NCBI RefSeq assembly: GCF_033763495.1
Contig: NZ_JANRKL010000115.1
Coordinates: 29 to 64,028, forward strand
Direction: 5' to 3'
DNA length: 64,000 nucleotides
Source: Haliscomenobacter sp.
GTDB lineage: Bacteria > Bacteroidota > Bacteroidia > Chitinophagales > Saprospiraceae
This document shows, piece after piece, positions 17,839 to 26,529 of the stretch (position 1 is its first letter; every line of letters begins with the position of its first letter). A model generated the notes under the pieces. It saw nothing but the letters and a program-made list of their open reading frames with translations. It was not told where the DNA came from and did no database searches. The position numbers and the translations under genes were made by a program.

Positions 17839-19794
17839 ATGTTGCGCCAAATCCTACTATTTCACCTCGTACTGGCTTCTTTTGTTGGGCTAAATGCCCA
17901 GGCAAAAATTCACGCAGCCATAGACACCTACGCCCTAAATGCACCCGAGGAAGCTTGTAAAAGCCTCGAATCGCTGGCCTATTACCTCAAAGGCAGTGGA
18001 AAATTCAGCGAGCAGGAGAAGGCCCGTGCCATCTATACCTGGATTACCCACAACATTCGCTACAACCACAGCATCATCGAACAAAACCTCCTGGGTACCC
18101 GTGAAAACATGTTGATGCAACAGGCTGAAAACGTACTGGCCCAGCGCAGCGGAGTTTGTGAAGGTTACGCCAATTTGTATAAAGCCTTGGCCAATTTAAT
18201 GAGCCTCAATGCTGAAATTGTCACCGGAAAGGTCAGGCGGGAAGATGGTCAAATTCCGGAAATCGGTCATGCCTGGGTCGCCATCAAAATTGGTGGCGAA
18301 TGGTCACTCAGCGATCCAACCTGGGGGGCCGGGTATTACGACCCCGATGCGGGCATTCACTTTCCCCCCAGTGATGATTTGTACTTTCTGGTTCCGCCAT
18401 CCGACATGATCCGCGACCACTACCCTTTCGACCCTGTTTGGCAGCTTAATCGTTTTCCGATGACCCAGGCACAATGGGAAAATTGGGATTTAAACTCGCC
18501 TACTCCCAAAAACGCCAGCACCCTACCTTTCTTTTATGCCGACACCATTGCGTATATGAGCAGGTTGGATACCTTGCAGCGCACCCTACGCACCTGCTCC
18601 CGCATCTTGCGATTCAACCCCAACGATGACTATGCCTTGACCCAGCTCGGGTTAAAAATGTACGAACAAGGTTTAGTTGCACTGGTGGATATTTATGGCA
18701 GTTTGTTTGCCCTGGAAAGCTCCCCCAGGCAAGCCATTGATACATTGCGGTACCATCGCCAATTGTTGTCCATTGAACAGTACTTCACCCAAGCTTGGTC
18801 CTACTTAGGGGCAATAAAATCGAGTCGCCTGCAAATGGTTCAACAACAAGTTCAGCCCTTGGAATACATGCATGCCGAGCTTATTTTCGTTCGTGGTCAC
18901 ATCCATTACACCTTATTGAGCCGTTACAGCCGTGAAAACTTACAACAGCTCAACAGTACCAATCTTCAATCTCTTCTTCGTCGCATCAGCATGGAATCTG
19001 AACAAGCCTGCAGCCATTACCAGCAAGCCCTGGATTTATACGCTCAGGACACTACCGAGGTCATTGTCCAAAAACGCGGCGAAATCATTTTCTTTTGGGC
19101 CCGCAGTTTGTACCTCAGCGCCATCAGTCACCTCAATGCCAGTGCCAATCGGGGCAATACTTCCGAGGAAACTTTAAATGCTAACCTCGCTTTGATTTTG
19201 CGCGGCAAAAACAACTTATTAAACATGAAAAAAGCGCTGGATCTGGGAAAATCAATCGAGGTTGAGATCAACGGATTCGTCGAAATGAATAAAGATTATC
19301 CTTTGCTGATGGCCAAATTGTTGGCCAATGAAAGCCTTACCCGTTACGATTTGATCAATCAACGCTATCGCCTCGTTTTTGACAACCCACTGCCCTTTTT
19401 AAATGGCAATTTTAGTACCGCTTTGGAGGGTTATCGCGAAAGTGAACGCAGAGCCGTTGAGGGCCTAAAAATGATCAGCAGTAGTGGCAACAACGCTGAA
19501 CGGCAGACCGTCGTCCAATTCCTCAACGCTGGAGGGGGGTTAGCCAATGTTCAAATTGGGGCTTACCAGGCTCAGGTGGCCTACAAGTTGCATGAGAAGC
19601 TGGTCAAAAACCCCAACCTGGGCCCCAAAGACAAGTCTGAAGCGCTTCTGCGCATCCAGCAGGCCAAAGCGGCCTATTTGCGCGCCAAACCTTATTTGGA
19701 ACAGTCCGGGTTGAGCAGTCGCAATATGTTGAATGATTTACAATCGCGCGAAAGCAGGTTGGAAGAGTTAAAAAAGTGGTGGGACTTGAGGTAA
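17839..19794 (+). CDS. transglutaminase-like cysteine protease domain protein with long helical C-terminal region
   Basis: Signal peptide. The transglutaminase core has Cys (RSGVCEGYANLY), His (IGHAWVAIKIGGEW) and Asp (LSDPTWG). The remaining ~400 aa are helical/TPR-like. Confidence 0.8.
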   Translation: MLRQILLFHLVLASFVGLNAQAKIHAAIDTYALNAPEEACKSLESLAYYLKGSGKFSEQEKARAIYTWITHNIRYNHSIIEQNLLGTRENMLMQQAENVLAQRSGVCEGYANLYKALANLMSLNAEIVTGKVRREDGQIPEIGHAWVAIKIGGEWSLSDPTWGAGYYDPDAGIHFPPSDDLYFLVPPSDMIRDHYPFDPVWQLNRFPMTQAQWENWDLNSPTPKNASTLPFFYADTIAYMSRLDTLQRTLRTCSRILRFNPNDDYALTQLGLKMYEQGLVALVDIYGSLFALESSPRQAIDTLRYHRQLLSIEQYFTQAWSYLGAIKSSRLQMVQQQVQPLEYMHAELIFVRGHIHYTLLSRYSRENLQQLNSTNLQSLLRRISMESEQACSHYQQALDLYAQDTTEVIVQKRGEIIFFWARSLYLSAISHLNASANRGNTSEETLNANLALILRGKNNLLNMKKALDLGKSIEVEINGFVEMNKDYPLLMAKLLANESLTRYDLINQRYRLVFDNPLPFLNGNFSTALEGYRESERRAVEGLKMISSSGNNAERQTVVQFLNAGGGLANVQIGAYQAQVAYKLHEKLVKNPNLGPKDKSEALLRIQQAKAAYLRAKPYLEQSGLSSRNMLNDLQSRESRLEELKKWWDLR

Positions 19795-19903
19795 TAGTAA
19801 GTAAAATCAAACCCGGGCCTGATTATTGTTCGTGTGGAGATTATAGGAAAAGGTTTTATCTTGGCTTCAAGTATGATGCAAAAATCCAGAAAAACTGATA
19901 TCC

Positions 19904-20563
19904 ATGTCGCCATTGCTATTTGACCTGAGCAAAAGTCCAAGTGTTGCAAGCCATTTTGTAGCCGAAATGCGCAATACCAGTATCCAAAATGATCGGATGC
20001 GTTTTCGGCGCAATATGGAGCGCGTCGGTGAAATTCTGGCGTATGAACTGAGCAAACATTTGCCTTATGATACGGTAGAAGTGGAAACGCCAATGGGGAT
20101 AGCGAGCAGCAAAGCACTGGCCAAACCTATTGTTCTTGCAACTATTCTACGCGCAGGTTTACCCTTGCACCAGGGCCTGCTGAATTATTTTGACAGCGCT
20201 GAAAATGCCTTTGTCTCTGCTTACCGCAAACACCATAAGGACGGTACTTTTGAAATCAAGTTGGAATATTTGTCCTGCCCCAACCTGGAGGGCAAAATCC
20301 TGGTGATCGCAGATCCGATGATGGCTACTGGTGCTTCCATGGTGATTGCAGCCAAACAATTGATGGAGCATGGTACTCCTGCTGAATTGCATTTCGTGAC
20401 AGCCATTGCAGCGGTGCCTGGCTTGGAATACGTGCGCCGGATGTTTCCCAAAGCGGGGATTTGGATGGGGGCTTTGGATGAGGAATTGACCGCTAAATCT
20501 TACATCGTGCCGGGCTTAGGGGATGCGGGAGATTTGGCGTATGGGGAGAAGACGCAGTACTGA
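19904..20563 (+). CDS. upp: uracil phosphoribosyltransferase
   Basis: 219 aa. PRPP-binding loop ILVIADPMMATGAS and C-terminal IVPGLGDAGDLAYGEK are diagnostic of Upp. Confidence 0.9.
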   Translation: MSPLLFDLSKSPSVASHFVAEMRNTSIQNDRMRFRRNMERVGEILAYELSKHLPYDTVEVETPMGIASSKALAKPIVLATILRAGLPLHQGLLNYFDSAENAFVSAYRKHHKDGTFEIKLEYLSCPNLEGKILVIADPMMATGASMVIAAKQLMEHGTPAELHFVTAIAAVPGLEYVRRMFPKAGIWMGALDEELTAKSYIVPGLGDAGDLAYGEKTQY

Positions 20564-20571
20564 GATGGTCT

Positions 20572-20667
20572 CCTCCTACGGCCATCCCTCCCACGGTCAT
20601 CCTCCCACGGCTAAAGCCATGGGTTGGATCAGTAGGGTGGCCTCCCACGGATGAATCCGTGGGTTGG
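20572..20667. repeat. intergenic tandem 14-15-nt repeats (CCTCCCACGGNCAT x3) followed by two short hairpins
   Basis: The tandem units read cctcctacggccat / ccctcccacggtcat / cctcccacggctaaagccat. They are followed by cccacgg-atgaat-ccgtggg, a perfect 7-bp stem at 20644-20663. The segment contains a GGCTAAAGCC core (20609-20618), as in the cluster at 61075-61239. Confidence 0.8.
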
Positions 20668-20697
20668 CGGGTTACTTCGGGGAATGAAAGGCCAACA

Positions 20698-20751
20698 CAC
20701 ACTCACACTCACACTCACACTCACACTCACACTCACACCCACACCCACACC
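20698..20751. repeat. hexanucleotide microsatellite (CACACT)6(CACACC)3
   Basis: Read directly: six perfect CACACT units at 20698-20733, then three CACACC units at 20734-20751. This is about 60 nt upstream of the likely tatD-like start. Confidence 0.95.
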
Positions 20752-20809
20752 CTATCTTGCCCACACTTCACCTCCAAACACAAACCCTATTTTAAACACA
20801 TACCCTATC

Positions 20810-21478
20810 TTGATCGATTTTCACAACCATCATTTGTCATCTTCTCCGGATATTTTGAGCATCCGCTCCTTTCATCAGCGGGAACAGGATTTGTTTGCGC
20901 GGTGGACTTCAGCTTGTTCCGTGGGTTTGCACCCTTGGTTTGTGTCTGAGGTGGATTGGGTGCGGGATGAGCAGTGGGATTGGCTGTCCAGAGCGGCACG
21001 AGAAGATAAGGTACTGCTTTTGGGCGAATGTGGATTGGATAAATTGCAGGGTCCTGATATGGTCTACCAGCAGTTTGTCTTTGAACAGTGTTTGTCTTTG
21101 GCCGAACAATTACAAAAGCCAGTGGTCATTCATTGTGTGCGTGCTTATGAAGAGCTTTTTGCTTCCGTTAAAAAAGTCAAACCCGGGGTTCCGCTCATCA
21201 TCCATGGCTACGTCCGAAAAGCTACCGCCTTAAAGGCACTGTTGGATCAGGGTTTTTATGTTTCTTATGGTGCAGCCATCCTGCAAGCCAACAGCGCCGC
21301 TGTCCAAAGTTTGGCCCAAACGCCACTGGAAAAGCTTTTTTTGGAAAGCGATGATAAAATGCTGCCAATTGCCGACCTTTACGTCCGCGCCGCCCAAATC
21401 AAAGGCATCTCCATCCAGGAGCTGGAAACCGCGCTGCAAAACAACTTAACTACGCTACTAAGGGAATCGAAAAAATGA
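20810..21478 (+). CDS. TatD-family metal-dependent hydrolase
   Basis: The in-frame TTG at 20810 gives M-IDFHNHH..., the canonical TatD His-x-His N-terminus. Later motifs GECGLD, VVIHCV and LESD are present. The track ORF start at 20651 would add a TLTLTL microsatellite-encoded tail, which I consider unlikely. Confidence 0.75.
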   Translation: MIDFHNHHLSSSPDILSIRSFHQREQDLFARWTSACSVGLHPWFVSEVDWVRDEQWDWLSRAAREDKVLLLGECGLDKLQGPDMVYQQFVFEQCLSLAEQLQKPVVIHCVRAYEELFASVKKVKPGVPLIIHGYVRKATALKALLDQGFYVSYGAAILQANSAAVQSLAQTPLEKLFLESDDKMLPIADLYVRAAQIKGISIQELETALQNNLTTLLRESKK

Positions 21479-22200
21479 GCACAGACAATTGGCTGATCAG
21501 AACGGAATTGTTGATTGGAACCGAAAAAATTGAAAGTTTGCGCAAGGCCAAGGTTCTGGTCGTCGGATTAGGTGGTGTAGGGAGTTTTGCTGCCGAGTTT
21601 CTGTGCCGCGCCGGAGTGGGCAAGATGACCATTGTGGATGGCGATGTAGTGGATATAAGCAACAAAAACCGCCAGTTGCCCGCGCTGGATTCCACTGTTG
21701 GACAACCCAAAGCAGAAGTGATGGCGCAACGCATGTTGGACATCAACCCTGATCTGGAGCTAAGGGTCGTACAAGCGTTTCAGCAACCCGATTTTATGGA
21801 GGAATTGGTTCGGGATGGTTTCGATTATGTTCTGGATTGTATTGACAGTTTCCAACCCAAAATCAATCTCCTGATTCAATGCCTGGATGCCAAGGTAAAC
21901 CTGATTAGCTCGATGGGTGCAGGTGGACGAGTGGACCCATCCAAAGTAAAAATTGACGACGTTTTTCGATCTTACAATTGTCCCTTTGCCCAACAGACAC
22001 GTAAGTTTTTGCGCCAGAGAGGCATCAAAAAAGGCTTCCCAGTCGTGTTTTCAAGCGAACTGGTCATGCCCAATTCCTTGCAACTTACCTCGGGCAGTTC
22101 CTACAAAAAGTCCTACTATGGCACCATTTCTTACCTCCCGGCTCTGTTTGGCATCCATATGGCGAGTTACGTCATCCGAAAATTGAGCGGTCTGCTTTAA
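21475..22200 (+). CDS. tcdA: tRNA threonylcarbamoyladenosine dehydratase (ThiF/E1-like)
   Basis: ATGA overlap with the preceding gene. Rossmann motif VLVVGLGGVGSFAAEFLCRAGVGKMTIVDGDVVDISNKNRQ and the ~240-aa length fit TcdA/CsdL. Confidence 0.85.
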   Translation: MSTDNWLIRTELLIGTEKIESLRKAKVLVVGLGGVGSFAAEFLCRAGVGKMTIVDGDVVDISNKNRQLPALDSTVGQPKAEVMAQRMLDINPDLELRVVQAFQQPDFMEELVRDGFDYVLDCIDSFQPKINLLIQCLDAKVNLISSMGAGGRVDPSKVKIDDVFRSYNCPFAQQTRKFLRQRGIKKGFPVVFSSELVMPNSLQLTSGSSYKKSYYGTISYLPALFGIHMASYVIRKLSGLL

Positions 22201-22565
22201 TCTTGATCGGAATACCCACCCAACAATCGACTGATGTTGAACCAATTTTGGAAATAAGGCCCAAAATAGGGAATAATGGTTCGGTAACTTTGCACAGCCC
22301 CCATAAATCCAACCACCCACAAGAAGAAGCACAGAATAAGGCCAAGCAACCAAACTAAAAAGCCAAGGTAAGGGATGGCACTCAAAAATAACAACAGCGC
22401 CAAGGTAAGGTATATACCACCTGCTTGCCGAAGATGGAAAGCAGGATACTCTTCCTTACGGATAATATGTATCACAAATGCCAATACCCACCCTATCGGT
22501 GTGAGGTAAGTGAGTACACCCGTTAGTGCAGCCAATGTAGTAATCGAATGACTTCGATGGTCCAT
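22197..22565 (-). CDS. small integral membrane protein (3-4 TM), hypothetical
   Basis: ATG start, 122 aa, with hydrophobic helices separated by HIIRKEEYPAFHLRQAGG. Family uncertain, possibly DUF4870-like. Confidence 0.6.
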   Translation of the reverse strand: MDHRSHSITTLAALTGVLTYLTPIGWVLAFVIHIIRKEEYPAFHLRQAGGIYLTLALLLFLSAIPYLGFLVWLLGLILCFFLWVVGFMGAVQSYRTIIPYFGPYFQNWFNISRLLGGYSDQD

Positions 22566-22985
22566 GAACGATTGTATTTGGTGATTTCGGGGTTGTAACT
22601 AGTTTTCAAGGCGCAAATATACCGGATATTTTGTAGTCCAATGCGCTAATCCATTCAAGAATCTACAAAATTAAATTTCGCGCCTTGCCTCCTTTCAAAA
22701 TTTACTCCCTAATTTGGTTTACAAACCTAACCTAATGCCTAATAATATAAGGAAGACAGAATAAAACCTCTTTTCGATCAAAAAAAGGCCTTCGTCGGAT
22801 AAATATCAACTTTGGTCGAAACTTTAGAGCATTTCGTCGATGCTGAACCGAGCTTCGGTCGACCATTTGGCTCATGCCATTGTTTTTATCGATCAGAAGG
22901 GGCCACTTTTGCGTTGTATTTGAGGATCTAAACACATAAATCAGTCCTAGACCCAAATTTAATTTTTATCGCAATCCCTGACAAC

Positions 22986-23339
22986 ATGAAACGCAAAATC
23001 AAATTTGGATTTTCAACGCTGCTGGCTATGGTCATTTCTATGAATTTTGCCATGGCCCAACAATCCAACCAACCAGAAAAACCCAATGCTACCAGTGCTT
23101 CGGAAGAATACCAAACTTTGAAAAAAGATTGGCACAGCTTCCAAGCTAAGGCTGAAAACAAAGCGCTTGACCCTGCTCAAAAACCAGTACTGGAAAAAGA
23201 GTACAATGGCCTGGTTGAACAACTGGAGAGCGTTTGTGAAGGCATCAAACCTGCCCCAGCCAAAGCTTCGGTAAAAGTAGCTACTTCTACCGCTCCAAGC
23301 GCCAAACCCAAAAAAGAGCAAGTTTCTGCAATGAAATAA
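22986..23339 (+). CDS. small secreted Lys/Ala/Glu-rich protein, hypothetical
   Basis: ATG start. Signal peptide FGFSTLLAMVISMNFAMAQ. 117 aa with no recognisable domain. Confidence 0.55.
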   Translation: MKRKIKFGFSTLLAMVISMNFAMAQQSNQPEKPNATSASEEYQTLKKDWHSFQAKAENKALDPAQKPVLEKEYNGLVEQLESVCEGIKPAPAKASVKVATSTAPSAKPKKEQVSAMK

Positions 23340-23376
23340 TTGTTCGCCAAGGCTTACTTTACGCAAGCAGTATGAA

Positions 23377-23450
23377 GGGCACAAAGGTCATTCAAAAAGT
23401 CATTTCAACAGATTTTAACAATTTCCTGGTTTTTAATGATCTTTGTGCCC
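23377..23450. repeat. CACAAAG-type inverted repeat element
   Basis: gggcacaaaggtcat (23377-23391) and atgatctttgtgccc (23436-23450) are complementary at 14 of 15 positions, with a 44-nt spacer. The CACAAAG core is the same as in the elements at 57017-57158 and 62627-62682. Confidence 0.7.
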
Positions 23451-23487
23451 CAACCCAAGAATAAATTCCTGGGCTGACCATCAACTC

Positions 23488-24381
23488 ATGCGCGAACGCT
23501 ACCTCATTATTGCTGCCTTTGCCACCGTATACCTGGTATGGGGCTCTACCTATCTGGTCAATTACCTGGCCATTCTCGAAATTCCACCCTTTTTGATGTC
23601 CGGCGCTCGCTTTTTGACGGCGGGACTGCTCTTGTTTGGTGTAGCTGCCTTGCGCAAAATCTCTTTGCCAACCCTGGCGCAATGGAAAAATGCTGCCTGG
23701 ATTGGCCTGATGTTTATGGCACTAGGCACGGGTTTGGTGGTGTGGGCCGAACAATGGGTGGATAGTGGTATGGCCGCTCTGTTGGTATCTTTCGAGCCTC
23801 TGATTGTTGTGTTGCTTTTGTGGGTGATGCGGGGCAAAAGACCCCAACTGCATAGCTTGCTGGGCGTTGCTTTGGGTGTAGTGGGAATGTTTTTGTTGGT
23901 TGGGCAACCTCAAATCTCCGCAGATCGCGATACCCTTATCGGCGTAGGTGTTATTGCAATGTCGCTATTCGCTTGGGGGTACGCTTCGATATACATCGGC
24001 CAGGCCAATTTACCCAGTTCCAAAATGCAATCGGCAGGTATGCAGATGACCTGTGGAGGCATTTGGTTGCTGATCATGAGTTTGATTTTTCGCGACTACA
24101 AACAATTCGCCTGGGAAAATCTGACTGCCCAGGGTATTTTTTCTTTCTTCTACCTGATTGTGATGGGCTCTTTGATCGCTTTTTCGGCCTTTAATTACTT
24201 GTTAACCAAAGTTTCACCGGAAAAAGTAGCTACTACCAATTACGTAAACCCTGTCGTGGCAATGTTCCTTGGCTGGAGTTTGAACAACGAACAAGTGACC
24301 ACCCGCTCCCTCATCGCTGCGGTGATTATGCTCACCGGGGTGTTTTTTATCAATGCAAACTTTGGGAAAAAGCAGAATTAG
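23488..24381 (+). CDS. EamA/DMT superfamily transporter
   Basis: Start trimmed to the ATG at 23488 because the track start is TTG. About ten TM helices in two EamA-like halves (YLVWGSTYLVNYLAI...; ...LIAFSAFNYLLTKVSPEKVATTNYVNPVVA). Confidence 0.8.
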   Translation: MRERYLIIAAFATVYLVWGSTYLVNYLAILEIPPFLMSGARFLTAGLLLFGVAALRKISLPTLAQWKNAAWIGLMFMALGTGLVVWAEQWVDSGMAALLVSFEPLIVVLLLWVMRGKRPQLHSLLGVALGVVGMFLLVGQPQISADRDTLIGVGVIAMSLFAWGYASIYIGQANLPSSKMQSAGMQMTCGGIWLLIMSLIFRDYKQFAWENLTAQGIFSFFYLIVMGSLIAFSAFNYLLTKVSPEKVATTNYVNPVVAMFLGWSLNNEQVTTRSLIAAVIMLTGVFFINANFGKKQN

Positions 24382-24448
24382 CTTTTCTTTTTTGCTTACA
24401 CTTGTTGAACTTTCTGTTCATAAAGTCTGATAATTAAAACCTACCTAC

Positions 24449-25837
24449 ATGCGCATCAGATTCCAAACACTGTGTGGCATTGCGTTGCTCTTCACGCTTA
24501 GCCTGCAAGCTCAAATCCAATGCTGGACCACTCACCCAGCTACTCAACAATTTTTACAACAATCCAGCATTGCGAGCAGCCCGGCTCAGGGCAGCGAAAC
24601 CTTGCCCACCATTTTTATAGATGGCCTCAAAATCTACCAATCCATGGATGGTTTTGGCTGCACGCTCACTGGGGGCAGCACCCAATTGTTGGCAAAAATG
24701 AGTGCCGAAAATCGGGCGGCCTTGCTCAAAGAATTATTCGATCCCAAAGCCCCCAGTAGCATTGGCATCAGCTACTTGCGCATCAGTGTGGGGGCTTCGG
24801 ATTTGAGCGATCATGTGTTTTCTTACAATGATTTCCCGGAGGGACAAACAGATCCCCTCCAACAAAAATTCACCCTGGAGCCCGAGCGCAAAGACTTTTT
24901 GCCGATGCTCAAAGAAATCCTGCGCGTAAATCCCACCATTAAAATTATGGGCTCACCCTGGTCGCCACCCACCTGGATGAAAACCAATGGCAACTCCAAA
25001 GGCGGCAGTCTCAAACCTGAATACTACGCCGCATACGCCCTTTATCTGGTCAAATACATCAAGGCCATGCAAGCGGAGGGCATTGCTATCGACGCACTCA
25101 CCGTTCAAAACGAACCCTTGCACCCTGGCAATAACCCCTCTTTGCTGATGTACCCTCACGAACAGGCGAATTTTGTCAAAAACCACCTGGGCCCGGCTTT
25201 TGTCAAAAACGGCATCAGGACCAAAATCATCATCTACGACCACAACGCGGATCGCCCGGATTATCCCATTGCCATTCTGAATGACCCTGCGGCCAAAAAA
25301 TTCATCGATGGGTCAGCTTTTCACTTGTACGGTGGCCCCATTGAGGCGCTGTCGGAAGTGCACGCAGCCCACCCCGACAAAAACCTCTACTTCACAGAGC
25401 AGTGGATTGGTGCACCCGGCAACATGGAAGGGGATCTTAAATGGCACATCAAAAACTTGATGATTGGTGGACCTCGCAACTGGGCCAAAACGGTACTGGA
25501 ATGGAACCTGGCCGCCGATCCGCAACAGAATCCGCATACGGATGGGGGTTGCACTGAATGTTTGGGCGCTATTACCCTAGATCAGGATAAGGTAACCCGC
25601 AATCCGGCCTACTACATCATGGCGCATGCTTCCAAATTCGTGAAGCCCGGGGCAAAACGGATTTTTTCAAACAATACCCTGTCCCTGGCGAATGTGGCTT
25701 TTAAAAATCCAGATGGCAAAACGGTGCTGCTGGTCGTGAATGACAGTGGGAAAGAAGAGACTTTCAGAGTGAATGCTGGTGCGAAGGGTTTTACACATAC
25801 GCTGGCGGCGGGGGCAGTGGCGACGATAATGTGGTAA
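24449..25837 (+). CDS. glycoside hydrolase family 30 protein (glucosylceramidase / beta-1,6-glucanase-like)
   Basis: Signal peptide. GFGCTLTGGS, SPWSPPTWMK, TVQNEP (acid/base Glu) and YFTEQW (nucleophile Glu) follow the GH30 pattern. Confidence 0.8.
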   Translation: MRIRFQTLCGIALLFTLSLQAQIQCWTTHPATQQFLQQSSIASSPAQGSETLPTIFIDGLKIYQSMDGFGCTLTGGSTQLLAKMSAENRAALLKELFDPKAPSSIGISYLRISVGASDLSDHVFSYNDFPEGQTDPLQQKFTLEPERKDFLPMLKEILRVNPTIKIMGSPWSPPTWMKTNGNSKGGSLKPEYYAAYALYLVKYIKAMQAEGIAIDALTVQNEPLHPGNNPSLLMYPHEQANFVKNHLGPAFVKNGIRTKIIIYDHNADRPDYPIAILNDPAAKKFIDGSAFHLYGGPIEALSEVHAAHPDKNLYFTEQWIGAPGNMEGDLKWHIKNLMIGGPRNWAKTVLEWNLAADPQQNPHTDGGCTECLGAITLDQDKVTRNPAYYIMAHASKFVKPGAKRIFSNNTLSLANVAFKNPDGKTVLLVVNDSGKEETFRVNAGAKGFTHTLAAGAVATIMW

Positions 25838-25854
25838 TTGGGATTTCGATCCAT

Positions 25855-25946
25855 ACCAAAGCGACATAATAGCAAAGCGGATGAACTGTGATCAAAAGCA
25901 AGTTTTTAGACACAGTTCATCCGCTTTGCTATTATGTCGCTTTGGT
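25855..25946. repeat. 36-bp perfect inverted repeat filling the gap between convergent genes
   Basis: accaaagcgacataatagcaaagcggatgaactgtg (25855-25890) is exactly complementary to 25911-25946, with a 20-nt loop. Only a weak T-run follows on the plus strand and none on the minus strand. Confidence 0.9.
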
Positions 25947-25965
25947 TTTCCATAAAAATTTCAAC

Positions 25966-26472
25966 TCAATTCTGCGCCACCCTTGCCATGTTGAAATAAT
26001 TGTAATCCGTCATCGGCGCGTCCGTCAGCCCGAGTACCCGCCCAATCGTAACTGCCTGCCCCCGGTGATAGGTGCTGTGATTGAACACATGCTGGAGGAA
26101 TTCAAAACGGGGCATTTCGCCAGATACCCAGGGCGTATCCAAATGTACTTTTTGCACTAAATCCTCTTCCGAAAGGCCTTTCACATAGTGGTGCAAAACC
26201 TGCGACTCGATGATGATCCCCGTACAAACCTCCTCAATTTCCGGATTTTGATTGCCATAACGGCTACCATTGAGCGCTTCCTCCGCAACCACCGAATGCC
26301 AAAATTCCTCTACTGCCCAAATATGATTCAAGGTTTTTAGTATACTGGGAAAACTGGAAGGCACTTCTGCCTCAAAAATGTCTTGAGGTTTGGTTTTTAG
26401 CCAATTGATCAGTCTTTCATTGGCCCATAAATTGTACTCCGCGTAATTGGTGATCAAGTGTTGTAAATTCAT
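25966..26472 (-). CDS. DinB-family protein
   Basis: 168 aa. N-terminal YAEYNLWANERLINWL and C-terminal HVFNHSTYHRGQ are classic DinB four-helix-bundle motifs. Confidence 0.85.
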   Translation of the reverse strand: MNLQHLITNYAEYNLWANERLINWLKTKPQDIFEAEVPSSFPSILKTLNHIWAVEEFWHSVVAEEALNGSRYGNQNPEIEEVCTGIIIESQVLHHYVKGLSEEDLVQKVHLDTPWVSGEMPRFEFLQHVFNHSTYHRGQAVTIGRVLGLTDAPMTDYNYFNMARVAQN

Positions 26473-26529
26473 TGAAGTTGTTGTTTTGATTTGCTTACAA
26501 AGCTAAGGCAGGCCTATGTCAAGGGTATG

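Noticed and set aside
20651-20809. The long form of the TatD-like ORF starting at ATG 20651, which would add 53 aa including HTLTLTLTLTLTLTPTPTP.
   Set aside because: The extension is encoded entirely by intergenic repeat elements and the hexanucleotide microsatellite. The conserved TatD N-terminus (IDFHNHH) begins exactly at the in-frame TTG at 20810. This remains worth testing; see the microsatellite finding.
22197-22200. Overlapping stop codons (TTAA) of the convergent tcdA and membrane-protein genes.
   Set aside because: It is real but trivial. A 4-nt convergent overlap is common and implies nothing beyond compact spacing.
22566-22985. A 420-nt gene-free region with recurring tcgtcg / ggtcga motifs, considered as a riboswitch or sRNA locus.
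   Set aside because: I could not fold it into a convincing conserved structure or match it to any riboswitch class I know. It also has to hold two divergent promoters. An Rfam or Infernal scan would settle it.
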